Shown here one piece after another: positions 9,422 through 19,569 of a stretch of DNA of 32,000 nucleotides. A model generated the notes under the pieces. It made no database searches, was not told the DNA's origin, and saw only the letters and a list, made by a program, of their open reading frames with translations. Both the position numbers and the translations under genes were made by a program. Each line of letters opens with the position of its first letter. Positions within the stretch are counted from its first letter, which is position 1. Source of the DNA: Candidatus Harpocratesius repetitus (lineage in GTDB: Archaea > Asgardarchaeota > Lokiarchaeia > Sigyniarchaeales > Promethearchaeaceae); NCBI GenBank assembly GCA_021498095.1, contig JAIZWK010000001.1, positions 1,440,001 through 1,472,000 of the forward strand, in the 5' to 3' direction.

Positions 9422-10279
9422 ATGCTGCTTGAAGTTTTCATAATTCAGAAAGGAACCTCATTTTTATTGGCCAGAAAAGCATTTACGAAAAAAGAAATCA
9501 GAATGGATGGTTCCCTATTTTCTGGCATGATTTCAGCAATTTCATTGTTCACAAATGAATTAAAAATAGGAGAAATCCAATTTTTTGAAACAAACGATTA
9601 TAGGATCTTAATCCATTCTTGGAAAAAGATACTAATTGTTGGAATTGTAGAAGAAAAAGATGAAGATGAATTTATAATAAGTACTTTGAAAAAAATTGCA
9701 CAAGAATTTTGGAAACAATTTCAATATTCATTAGAAAACTGGAATGGAGATACTGCAGTATTTGAAAATTTTCCAATTACTATCGATGAAATTTTCTATT
9801 CTGAATTTGCACAATTTTATATTGAGCGAAATTATCCAAACAATGTGATTTCAGTAATACATTCTGTGCAATATAAATTTGAACCTCATATTCTCCGATT
9901 TATTGGAATAAGAATTGGTGAAGCTCGTTCAAATACTATATCTCAGAAACAAATGAAGAAAATTATTAGTTTTGGGCAAGATTTTCCTGAAAAGCAAATT
10001 TTAAAATTAGTAGAAAAGGAAATAAATCATTTTTCAATTAGTGAAGTTGAATCAAAAGAAGTTGCGGGAAAAAAGTCAATTCAAATCACCTTGAAAATTT
10101 GTCCTATTTGCAGGGGTATTCATGATAATTCATTTTCCTGTGATTTTATTATTGGATTTATACATGGTTATCTTAATGGAATAAAGCTTGGGTTTTCATT
10201 TAATGTGTTTGAAAGCGAATGCCATGCTCATGGCGACCAATATTGTGTTTTTTCTGCAATTCTTCAACAAGAGAAATAG
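9422..10279 (+). CDS. longin/roadblock-like domain fused to a V4R domain
   Basis: N-terminal DGSLFSGMISAISLF..IGEIQ..WNGDTAVF matches the Asgard longin-like pattern. C-terminal CPICRG..CDFIIGFIHG..ESECHAHGDQYCVF matches V4R. Confidence 0.8.
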   Translation: MLLEVFIIQKGTSFLLARKAFTKKEIRMDGSLFSGMISAISLFTNELKIGEIQFFETNDYRILIHSWKKILIVGIVEEKDEDEFIISTLKKIAQEFWKQFQYSLENWNGDTAVFENFPITIDEIFYSEFAQFYIERNYPNNVISVIHSVQYKFEPHILRFIGIRIGEARSNTISQKQMKKIISFGQDFPEKQILKLVEKEINHFSISEVESKEVAGKKSIQITLKICPICRGIHDNSFSCDFIIGFIHGYLNGIKLGFSFNVFESECHAHGDQYCVFSAILQQEK

Positions 10280-10553
10280 TCATCAAGTTAAGATCTCATA
10301 GAATTCTGATTTTTTTATTCTATTCTATGGTTTTTCTTTTCTAATATTAAATAATCAAATGAATTATCTTGCTAATCATTTTAACTTTCTATAACAGTGA
10401 TTTTGACACATATATTCTAAAAAGGATAAGCATAAATTACCAGTAGATAATTCAAAATCACGATAGTGACTTTGTGATATAAGCGATAAAAGTGATTAAA
10501 ATCAGATAATTCTGAAAAGATTTAATCTGATAGAATAAAAAAAAAGAAGAAAA

Positions 10554-11930
10554 TTGGTGAAAGATAAGATGGTGGATTTTACATTAACAGAAGAACAATT
10601 ACAATGGCAGCAGCGCGCTAGGGATTTTGCACAAAATGAAATTTTACCTGTTGCGTGGTATTTTGACGAGAAGGATGAGATGCCGGTTTTTGTGCTAAAA
10701 AAAGCTTGGAATGCTGGATTGATGAATCTTGGTGTTCCTAAAAAATACGGTGGAGAAGAATTGGATAATTTGACCCAATCATTAGTTGTTGAAGAATTTG
10801 CATCTTGCGGTCCTGGTATGGCAACATCTATTTTTGATAACGGTTTGGGTCAAGAACCAATTATTTTAAGTGATAATGAATACATTAAAGAGAAGATACT
10901 TTCTCAAGTTATAAAAGAGTTTAAATTGACTTGTTTTGCCACTTCTGAAACTGGGATGGGCTCAGATGTTGCAGGTATGCGCTGTAAAGCTGAAAAAGAT
11001 GGTGCCGATTATATCTTAAATGGAATAAAATATTGGGTAACTAATGGTGGAGCCGCAAAAGATAATGGAGGATATGCTTCCATATTTGCTACGACAGATC
11101 GAAAGGCACGCCATAACGGAATTGCAGGATTTCTTGTTGATTTAAAATCTGATGGCGTTTCTGTTATGCAACATATTCCAAAAATGGGTCAACGCTGTTC
11201 TAATACTGTAGCATTAAAATTTGATAATGTTCGAGTTCCTGCTGATCATGTATTAGCTCGCGAAGGAGGTCCAGGTTTTAAACTCGCGATGAAAACATTC
11301 ACACAAACGCGTCCTATGATTGGAGCATTTGCTGTAGGGGCAGCGCGTTCTGCTATGGAATTTGGTATGCAATATGCACTTTCTCGAAAGGCATTTGGAC
11401 AACCAATTGGAATGTTTCAAAGTATTCAATTTAAAATTACAGAAATGTATCAAAAGGTTGAAACTGCTCGCTTAATGATTTGGCGTTCTTGTTGGGAAGC
11501 AGATCAAGGCAGAGATGCTACATTATGGGCATCTATGACCAAATTTTGGAGTACAGAAGCAGCTTTTGAAGTAGCAAATGATGCGTTACAAATAATGGGA
11601 GGATATGGGTATACAAAGTATTACCCTGTAGAAAAATATCTGCGAGATATTCGGTTACTTCAAATTTATGAAGGAACGAATCAAGTTCAACGGGCAGTAA
11701 TTATTAAATATCTCCTAAAAGGTGGTTATAAACCAATAATGCCAAGATTGGAAGATTTACCACGTCTTCGTGCGAAAGATATTGAAGAAGCTGCAAGAAA
11801 AGGAATGCAACAACAAACCGTTTGGCGCTGTAAGGTCTGCGGGCATCATCACTATGGAGATGAACCTCCTGATGAATGTCCTGTATGTCGAATGAAAAAA
11901 GGAGTCTTTAAAAAAGTTTGGCCTAAATAA
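10554..11930 (+). CDS. acyl-CoA dehydrogenase with C-terminal rubredoxin-like domain
   Basis: TSETGMGSD, NGIKYWVTNG, GGYGY and IYEGTNQVQR motifs; tail CKVCG..PPDECPVC. ATG 10569 is an alternative start. Confidence 0.92.
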   Translation: MVKDKMVDFTLTEEQLQWQQRARDFAQNEILPVAWYFDEKDEMPVFVLKKAWNAGLMNLGVPKKYGGEELDNLTQSLVVEEFASCGPGMATSIFDNGLGQEPIILSDNEYIKEKILSQVIKEFKLTCFATSETGMGSDVAGMRCKAEKDGADYILNGIKYWVTNGGAAKDNGGYASIFATTDRKARHNGIAGFLVDLKSDGVSVMQHIPKMGQRCSNTVALKFDNVRVPADHVLAREGGPGFKLAMKTFTQTRPMIGAFAVGAARSAMEFGMQYALSRKAFGQPIGMFQSIQFKITEMYQKVETARLMIWRSCWEADQGRDATLWASMTKFWSTEAAFEVANDALQIMGGYGYTKYYPVEKYLRDIRLLQIYEGTNQVQRAVIIKYLLKGGYKPIMPRLEDLPRLRAKDIEEAARKGMQQQTVWRCKVCGHHHYGDEPPDECPVCRMKKGVFKKVWPK

Positions 11931-11937
11931 AAGTCGC

Positions 11938-11968
11938 TTCTTCTTTCATTTTTACTTATCTTTTTTTA
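11938..11968. terminator. U-rich terminator region between convergent ACAD and nitroreductase genes
   Basis: Pyrimidine/T-rich tract in the 39-nt gap. Confidence 0.4.
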
Positions 11969-11969
11969 C

Positions 11970-12554
11970 CTATTTTTTTGTTATTTCATCAAGGGCTAAA
12001 TTTATGAACCTAAATTTCTCTAAAGGGATTCGTTTTGGCCTAATTTTCTCACTTTCTATCTGTCCTTTAGATAATACATCGTTAAATTCCAATTTTCGTT
12101 TTCCAACTATGATCAAAGCGATAATGTCATATTTCTCAGGAATATTTACAATTTTTTTTACTTTATTTGGAGAAAAACCTGCAATTGGATGCGCAACTAA
12201 ATTTAAATCTGTTGCTTTCAAAATTATAGCTGCAGCTGCCATTCCCACATCAAATTGATAATATATTCGATCTTTGATTATGCAATCTAAATTTTTCTTT
12301 GAAAAGATTACAATAATCATTGATGCATGCTTTGCCCATGCATTTCCTTGAGATAAAGCTTCATTCTTAAGCTGTTCCAAGAAAGGATTATCCTTAACAA
12401 AGACAAAGCGCCAAGGTTGATTATTGAAACAACTTGGCATAAGTTGTGCCGCATGGGCTAAGTGATCTATTATTTTTTCTGTAATATCAACATATTTTAA
12501 AGAACGAAACGCTCTTCGTGTTTCGATTATTTCATCTAAATTCATAATTATCAA
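11970..12554 (-). CDS. nitroreductase family protein
   Basis: RRAFRS, AAQLMPSCFNNQPWRFVFV and DVGMAAA motifs. Confidence 0.92.
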   Translation of the reverse strand: MIIMNLDEIIETRRAFRSLKYVDITEKIIDHLAHAAQLMPSCFNNQPWRFVFVKDNPFLEQLKNEALSQGNAWAKHASMIIVIFSKKNLDCIIKDRIYYQFDVGMAAAAIILKATDLNLVAHPIAGFSPNKVKKIVNIPEKYDIIALIIVGKRKLEFNDVLSKGQIESEKIRPKRIPLEKFRFINLALDEITKK

Positions 12555-12631
12555 AGATTTATTCTCTTTCAGTTTTTAATACATAGCGCTTATCCAATAT
12601 TTTTTAACTTCTTTTAGTATTAATAATTAAT

Positions 12632-13819
12632 ATGAAAAAAGGGATTGCTTTAATATTTCAATTATTTTTTCTTTTCATTCTTTTGAAATCAACTCAATTA
12701 TTTCAATTATCAAATAATCTTTATCAATTTAATTTCAATAATCCAATTACTCAAAGAAGTACTGAAAGTCAAAATATTCTTATCAGTCCTAAAAATTCAT
12801 TTCAAATAGATATTGAATTCATTAATCAAACTTTAGAAAATCTTGAGTTGGAATTCTATCAAGAAGATTCTATTATCTTCAGAGGCAATATTTGTAAAAA
12901 TGTAACCATCAGTATTATGGATTCTGGTTATGTAGAAATATGCGATAATATATTTAAAGAAACTTTTTTCACAACATTAACATTATGGAATTGTGCGAAT
13001 CTTGTTGTTCAAAATAATACATTTCAAGATATCTACGATACTCCTATTCATGTAATTGAAACAATAGGGGCAGAAATTGAGAATAATTCTGTATTACTTC
13101 CTGAGACGAATCCAAATCCATTATCACTAAATTTTGGAATGGAAATTGATCGTTCTCCTCAATCAAGAATAAAAGGTAATATTATTAATGCTCCTCTGGG
13201 TGATGGGTTAATTCTTTCTCAATCTCCCAATTCATTAATTCAAAAAAATTCAATACTTAATAGTGGATTTGGTGGAGTTAGTCTCATGTTTAGTTCCGAT
13301 ACTATTATTTTTGAAAACACAATTGTTAATAATTCTATGCTTGTTACCGATGAACCCCAATTAAGCTCTGCAGTAATGCTTTCTGTATCTCCAAAAACCA
13401 ATATAACAAGAAATCTTATTGAAAAATCATCTAATGCAGGTATTTGGATCGAATCATCAGAAGAAACAGTCGTGAATCAAAATACAATAATAAAGAATGA
13501 AGTTGTCGGAATATTCATTGGTTCTTCTCCCCGATCAAAAATTACATTTAATAAATATGCTCAAAATGGAGGAACGAGTTTTGTTGACCAAGATCAAAGT
13601 CCAGATTGTGTAATTGAAGGTAATGAAGAAATAAAAATATCTGATGACATTGATGATTCAAGTGATTCTAATGATTCAAATTGTAATTATACAAGCGATG
13701 ATGCTTCTGACTTTAATCAGAAAAACATTTCAAGTTATCTAGGGATATCTTTGATTTTTATTGTAAGTGTATATTTATATTTTTATAACACAAGAAAAAA
13801 AGCAAATTTAATCCCTTGA
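12632..13819 (+). CDS. secreted/surface right-handed beta-helix (NosD-like) protein with C-terminal TM anchor
   Basis: Signal peptide, repeated GIxIxxSxxxxIxxNxI turns, a D/S-rich linker, and an ISSY + TM + RKK tail (Loki-CTERM-like). Confidence 0.8.
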   Translation: MKKGIALIFQLFFLFILLKSTQLFQLSNNLYQFNFNNPITQRSTESQNILISPKNSFQIDIEFINQTLENLELEFYQEDSIIFRGNICKNVTISIMDSGYVEICDNIFKETFFTTLTLWNCANLVVQNNTFQDIYDTPIHVIETIGAEIENNSVLLPETNPNPLSLNFGMEIDRSPQSRIKGNIINAPLGDGLILSQSPNSLIQKNSILNSGFGGVSLMFSSDTIIFENTIVNNSMLVTDEPQLSSAVMLSVSPKTNITRNLIEKSSNAGIWIESSEETVVNQNTIIKNEVVGIFIGSSPRSKITFNKYAQNGGTSFVDQDQSPDCVIEGNEEIKISDDIDDSSDSNDSNCNYTSDDASDFNQKNISSYLGISLIFIVSVYLYFYNTRKKANLIP

Positions 13820-13914
13820 TCACCTTTGAAAAATAAGAATATTGTATAGAATATTTTCTAAAAATATGGGATAAGCATAAAAACGGGGGGATCATCTATA
13901 GATTTTGAATATAT

Positions 13915-16131
13915 ATGGCAAACCACTTGAAAAATGAGAATTCCCCTTATTTACTAATGCATGCTGATAATCCTGTGAATTGGTATCCCTATTGTTCTCA
14001 AGCATTTGAAAAAGCAAAAAAAGAGAATAAATTGATATTTATTTCTATTGGCTATACTGCCTGTCATTGGTGCCATGTAATGGCGCGTGAATCTTTTGAA
14101 AATATTGATATTGCTTCTACATTAAATAAAAATTATGTTTCAATTAAGGTTGATAGAGAAGAACGCCCTGACGTTGACATAGTTTATCAAAAATTTGCTC
14201 AAATAATGGGAAAGAATGGTGGATGGCCATTAAGTGTATTTTTAACACCAGAAGGATTACCTTATTTTATAGGAACTTATTTTCCATCTCAATCTCGTTA
14301 TGGATTAATTGGTTTTTCAGAATTACTTGCAAAATTAACCTCAATTTATAACGAACAAACCGAAAAAGTGAAAGAATCCAGTATAATATTGCTGAAAATT
14401 CTTTCCTCTTCGAGAGATGATGAAATTGATGAAATGAAATATACAAATGGCATGAATGATTTTAGTTCTAATTCATATTTCGATGAAATTCTTAATAAAT
14501 TCTGGATTCAGATGGATTCAAAGTATGGGGGGTTTGGAAATGCTCCGAAATTTCCTAATTTTCCTGCTTTATTGTTTTTGATTCGTCAGCTTGCCTATCA
14601 AAATCAGAAATTAAGACCGAAATCTCACACTGTGAATAAAACATCGTTAAACTTTTCAGCCCTCCTTGATAATGAAGATTCTATCAAAATTATGGCTTTA
14701 AAGGAAAATCTTAAAAAAACTTTAGATAACATGATATTTGGGGGATTATATGATCAAATTGGTGGGGGTTTCCATCGATATACTATGGATCAGAAATGGA
14801 TAATTCCTCATTTTGAAAAAATGCTTTATGATAATGCCCTCGCCATCCAAGTTTACTCAGAAGCTTTCCTTTTCTTTCGAGATCCAGAGTATAAAAGAGT
14901 GGTTAAAGAAATAATTGATTGGTTAAATAGAGAGATGCATGATGAAGAAGGAGGATATTATGCTACGCTTTGTGCAGATTCAGAAGGTCATGAAGGGAAA
15001 TTTTATGTGTGGCAGAAAAATGAACTTGAGCAAATGTTAACTTTAGAGGAACAATCTCTTTTCTTTGACCATTATCGTATTTCAGAGAAAGGTAATTTCG
15101 CTTATCACTCAAATATCATTACTGTTCAAAAGAATTTAAATGAACTTGCTGAAGATAGAAAAACAAATAGAGATCTGTTGGAAATCATCCTAAGCCAGAT
15201 AAAAAAGAAATTAATTAAAGTGCGCTCTAAACGACCGCCACCTCAATTAGATTCAAAAATTATTACTTCATGGAATTCACTTCTTTTAACAGGATTAATA
15301 ACATCGGAGAGAATATTTGCAGGTGATCCCGATTTTGTAAACATTCAAAGAATTATTATCGATTTAAATAATTTTCTTAAAGGTAAGATGATCGACTTCC
15401 AAAATGGTAGTGTTAAACGAATTTATATGCAAGGTAAAGCAAAAATCCATGGAAATCTTGATGATTATGCATATTTAATTAATACATTTTTAATCCAATA
15501 CCTTTATTCTGCAGATTCTTCTGTTTATTCTTTGATTGAGCGTTTAATTAATTATGTTATGAATGAATTTTGGAACAAAACTAATTATTATTTTTATTAC
15601 TCCCCAAAAGAATCAGAAGATCTTCCTATTCGGACGAAATTGGATTTTGATCTCCCACTACCCGCGCCATCCGTTATTATGCTTGATAATTTGAATCTCT
15701 GGGCAGAAATAACAGGTGAAAAAGGATGGCTTGAGAAAGTAAATCTGTCCATTCGATCCTTATCGCCTAAATTGGAAAAATATGGCTCTTCAGCGGGCTC
15801 TTTTTTTATATTAATGCAACATTTGATTTATGGGTATCAAGAAATTTCATTTTCAAATAGTAAAGGTGAACAAATAGCTGAAAGAGAAAACCTTCTCTTA
15901 AAATTGAAACATTTCTTTTTACCATTTCAAATAATTAAAATAATTACTTCTGATATTTCAGCAAATAAGGAATTAAAAGAAAAACTGGATTCTGTCTCTG
16001 AAATTTTAAATGATGAAACCCATCCCATTTACTACTTTTGCGAAAATCATGTATGTTCAAAACCCTTTAAATCTGTAGAGCAATTAATATGCTGTATTAA
16101 GAATAAATTTTTGAAATTAAACAAAGAATGA
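13915..16131 (+). CDS. thioredoxin-domain protein, YyaL/SPATA20 family
   Basis: [44 protein letters not shown] and [10 protein letters not shown] motifs. Confidence 0.93.
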   Translation: MANHLKNENSPYLLMHADNPVNWYPYCSQAFEKAKKENKLIFISIGYTACHWCHVMARESFENIDIASTLNKNYVSIKVDREERPDVDIVYQKFAQIMGKNGGWPLSVFLTPEGLPYFIGTYFPSQSRYGLIGFSELLAKLTSIYNEQTEKVKESSIILLKILSSSRDDEIDEMKYTNGMNDFSSNSYFDEILNKFWIQMDSKYGGFGNAPKFPNFPALLFLIRQLAYQNQKLRPKSHTVNKTSLNFSALLDNEDSIKIMALKENLKKTLDNMIFGGLYDQIGGGFHRYTMDQKWIIPHFEKMLYDNALAIQVYSEAFLFFRDPEYKRVVKEIIDWLNREMHDEEGGYYATLCADSEGHEGKFYVWQKNELEQMLTLEEQSLFFDHYRISEKGNFAYHSNIITVQKNLNELAEDRKTNRDLLEIILSQIKKKLIKVRSKRPPPQLDSKIITSWNSLLLTGLITSERIFAGDPDFVNIQRIIIDLNNFLKGKMIDFQNGSVKRIYMQGKAKIHGNLDDYAYLINTFLIQYLYSADSSVYSLIERLINYVMNEFWNKTNYYFYYSPKESEDLPIRTKLDFDLPLPAPSVIMLDNLNLWAEITGEKGWLEKVNLSIRSLSPKLEKYGSSAGSFFILMQHLIYGYQEISFSNSKGEQIAERENLLLKLKHFFLPFQIIKIITSDISANKELKEKLDSVSEILNDETHPIYYFCENHVCSKPFKSVEQLICCIKNKFLKLNKE

Positions 16132-16199
16132 AGAGAAAAAAAAACGTTCAAAACTAAAAAAATCTTTGATTTAGAATGAATAATTTTTCAATAAAATCT

Positions 16200-16949
16200 T
16201 TATTCTGATTCATCTTCTTGCTTTTTCGATATTTTTTCTTGTTTTGGCGGCATAAAACCCTCAAAAATCATAAAATATCCAATTGCCATTACTATTCGTC
16301 CAGCTATAATAAAATAGAACAATGAAGCGGGAATAATTGCATCTGTAATCGCACCTATTACAAAAAGTAACCATCCAAATCCTATCATGAATAGTTGTGT
16401 AACATCTCCTTTTGGTGCTCCTTTTTTCTTCATCTTAATTGCTAAACGGATGAATCCTGTTGATACAACTAACAAAACAGTCAAAATATTAAAAGCAGTT
16501 ATAATACGAATAACACCTGCTAAGTTTGTGTCAAGCATTTCTTCGCCAGCTATTGTTTCAAAGGCGTTTTCAGGCCAAACAAACATAAAAACCCAATAGA
16601 CTGCTAAAAGAATCAAATAGAAATACGATGCTTGATTTTTATATTTTGGTTGAAAGATACTGAAGCCTAAATAAACCACGATCAGCGTTCCGACTGGATT
16701 TAAAGTATAAGAAATCATAAAATACAAGGTCGGATCAAGATTTGTCCCTGTAAATACAAGTTTCAGAAATGTTATTCCAGGACCTAAGTAAAAGGTGCCT
16801 AAGCATAAAGCAGCAAGTGATACATATGGTAACAATGGTTTTTTTCTTTGGAAATATTTTACCAAAAATACAACGTAATATGTAAAGCCAATGATGACTA
16901 TGATCCAAGCTGTAATGCCATTTAAATAAGTTTGTAGACTGAGTGCCAT
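16200..16949 (-). CDS. stand-alone 7-TM membrane protein
   Basis: Seven hydrophobic segments counted by eye; no soluble output domain. Confidence 0.75.
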   Translation of the reverse strand: MALSLQTYLNGITAWIIVIIGFTYYVVFLVKYFQRKKPLLPYVSLAALCLGTFYLGPGITFLKLVFTGTNLDPTLYFMISYTLNPVGTLIVVYLGFSIFQPKYKNQASYFYLILLAVYWVFMFVWPENAFETIAGEEMLDTNLAGVIRIITAFNILTVLLVVSTGFIRLAIKMKKKGAPKGDVTQLFMIGFGWLLFVIGAITDAIIPASLFYFIIAGRIVMAIGYFMIFEGFMPPKQEKISKKQEDESE

Positions 16950-17138
16950 ATTTTTCTCTATTAATATTACTTTTAAAAGTATTTTAAGGTTGAGATATAA
17001 TTAATGCTTAAGTGAAAGGATAAATAATTATTGGGGGTTAAGAATAAGTAATTAAGAATAAGTATAATTCCTTTTATATGCCGTTCTTGTTAAAAGCTGG
17101 GCGTTGCGTTACAATGTATTATAAAAGCGGAGTTTTAA

Positions 17139-17369
17139 ATGTTAGTTATTGAGGAAATGGCTTTTTGTATCGGTTGCAATTAATGCATGCTTGCATGTCA
17201 TGTTTCAAAATCAAGTGAACTCCCAATCTCAATGCTCAGTCAAGAAGTAATTTGTAAAGATCCTCCGGAATATATTGCTCTGGAGTTAATACTAAACTGT
17301 GTTCGATGTAATCGCTGTGTTCCTGTCTGTTCGCTTGGAGTTCGAAGTGATTTGATGGTTTACGGATAA
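17139..17369 (+). pseudogene. 2[4Fe-4S] ferredoxin interrupted by in-frame TAA
   Basis: MLVIEEMAF-CIGCN*CMLAC...CVRCNRCVPVC. TAA at 17181-17183 lies inside the first CxxCxxCxxxC motif; GGAG precedes ATG 17139. Confidence 0.75.
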
Positions 17370-17405
17370 AATCAAAAATTCAATCATATCAGACTATTTT
17401 TAAGA

Positions 17406-17919
17406 ATGAAGGATCAATTAAGAGAAGCCTTATTTTTTAAATTATTTCAATATTATCGTTCAAAAAAATCTCATTGACAATTTCATTGAAGTTTTAGAGC
17501 AAAACATACACTATTTTAAAGCTTATGACAAAGAAAAGCAAGGATATGCATAAATTGATATTTTTATAAAACTCTCAAACTGGCAAAAATATGCTTTCCG
17601 CAGTTACAGTTGCTATAAAGGAAATACAAGACTATTTATGGCAAAAGTTATATCAAATAATCTGGCGGAGAATGTAAATAATGTGATTGAGACTCGCGTG
17701 CATTTAACCGGTCCTAAAACACCTGAGGGTTTAGAACAGCGACTTCAGGCATATATTACAATCACAAATGAACCCAAAATCTTATAAATTACCATTGTTT
17801 CACACCGATTTAGCCCAAAAATGCTCTTTAATGAGTGGAATAATTCAGAAATTAAACGATTATTTCAATTAAACGAAAAATGGGGGAAAAAAATTCAAAC
17901 CGAGGTGTTAGTGAATTGA
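17406..17919 (+). pseudogene. decayed DDE-transposase C-terminal remnant
   Basis: The frame reads ISNNLAENVNNVIETRVHLTGPKTPEGLEQRLQAY, typical of the third-catalytic-residue region. In-frame TAA at 17551 and 17785, and a probable frameshift at the A-run near 17462. Confidence 0.55.
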
Positions 17920-18100
17920 TCCTTCGTAATTAAAAATAGCTCATATCCTTTATCAATTTATTTAAATACCACAATTCAGCGTTTTTTGCATACGTATCAT
18001 CTCTTTTACATTCCCAGAAAGAATTCAAAATATTATTGCTTTTTTTTTCCTTATCAAAAGGAGAAATTTTAAGTATATCAAGATCAGTGTTTATACTATT

Positions 18101-19435
18101 ATGGTAGATGAATATAAACCAAATTTACATTTTATATTCCATGAGCAATGGTTAGGGATTAGTGTTTTGTGTGATCTTTCAGAGAATGAAATCTCAAAAA
18201 ATCTACAAGAAATGGAGCAGTTCGTTAACGATGTTTTTCTAAAAATTACAATAGATAAGATCAATCCTACATATGTTCCTGATATAAAAGATCGAGAAAA
18301 GATTGTTAGTATTGCTCACAATCTGAAGTGTAGTTTCGAATGGCAGAATTATATTGAAGACTTTAGATATGTTCATAGTAATCATACATACAATAAATTG
18401 GGGTATATTTTAATTAGAGTTAGACTGAAAGAGAATATTTCTCCCGATTTTGATCTTAGAATAATTCGACCTCAGTATTTGCAACAAATTGTATTTTCCT
18501 TTTGGTTTGGACTTATTAAAAAATTCCAAAATCACTTTCTTTTTGATGAAAAAACCGTTCCTTATGCATTTAATGTGTGTTCTGAAGTTGATCCAAGGGA
18601 TTTGTTGACAATTGAATGGAATCCTCATAATATTCAAAAATATAAACGTGAAATTGGTGATTGGTGTGTTTTATACTCAGGACAATTCCCCGATTATCAT
18701 GATTTGCTTTATGAACGAAGAGTAGAAGTAAATCTCTCCAATAGATCATCTGAAATGCATTTTATTCATCGGAACTCTGCATTTCTTTATATGAGACCTG
18801 AGAATTATAATAAATTCTTTATTAAAGATAATGAAACCCCGAATTCAACTGGATATATGTTTAATACTGTTATTAAAACAGTGTGTCAGATGCGCACAAT
18901 TGGTTTTGCAATGATTTTAGTTAACTCTGAGATAGATATTGATACAAGCCAATTAACTTCAAGGGATTTTAAAGAAAAAGATCCAGGATTAATTAAAGAT
19001 GATCTGGAAAAAACAACTCGGTTAAAAATGATTCTACAGAGAACCTTAGCTCCATTTTTTACAGATCTCTCCAGAAGTCATCGTCAGCATTATCATACAC
19101 TTCTTCAACATTGTGTAAACTTATATAATATTGAAAAGAATTGGAAAATGATTTCAGATAAATTAGAGAGTAATACTCAAGAATTGAACTCACTTTTCTT
19201 GGATAAGCAAGAAGAAGCAAGTAAACGCCAAGAAAAAATCTTGAATATTGTCAACCTCATATTAGGTGCTGGAATTGTCTTCGAAATTGTTGATTTTATT
19301 GTAGATGATACTGATCTTCAAAGTTTGATTAAGAAAATTGTTGGTGGAGGTTTTCTTCTTTTAATTATTGGTCTATTAGTTCCACTTTATCTCCCAAAAC
19401 TATTTAAAAAATTCAAGCGAAAAAAAAGTAAATAG
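18101..19435 (+). CDS. hypothetical protein with long helical region and two C-terminal TMs (CorA-like topology)
   Basis: 444-aa ORF with coiled coil, two TMs and a basic tail; no GMN motif. Confidence 0.65.
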   Translation: MVDEYKPNLHFIFHEQWLGISVLCDLSENEISKNLQEMEQFVNDVFLKITIDKINPTYVPDIKDREKIVSIAHNLKCSFEWQNYIEDFRYVHSNHTYNKLGYILIRVRLKENISPDFDLRIIRPQYLQQIVFSFWFGLIKKFQNHFLFDEKTVPYAFNVCSEVDPRDLLTIEWNPHNIQKYKREIGDWCVLYSGQFPDYHDLLYERRVEVNLSNRSSEMHFIHRNSAFLYMRPENYNKFFIKDNETPNSTGYMFNTVIKTVCQMRTIGFAMILVNSEIDIDTSQLTSRDFKEKDPGLIKDDLEKTTRLKMILQRTLAPFFTDLSRSHRQHYHTLLQHCVNLYNIEKNWKMISDKLESNTQELNSLFLDKQEEASKRQEKILNIVNLILGAGIVFEIVDFIVDDTDLQSLIKKIVGGGFLLLIIGLLVPLYLPKLFKKFKRKKSK

Positions 19436-19569
19436 GAATCAAAGCATTCTTATGAAAATTGATAAAGATTGATTTTACTTTAAAGGTAAAACAATCACAT
19501 TTTTTTTAAATTAAAATCACGATTTTTAATTAATTAGAGTGCTAAATCATACACAACTCCAATATATTA

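Noticed and set aside
17181-17787. Systematic TAA recoding (three in-frame TAAs close together)
   Set aside because: TAA is the normal stop of most intact genes in the window, and the frames involved look decayed.
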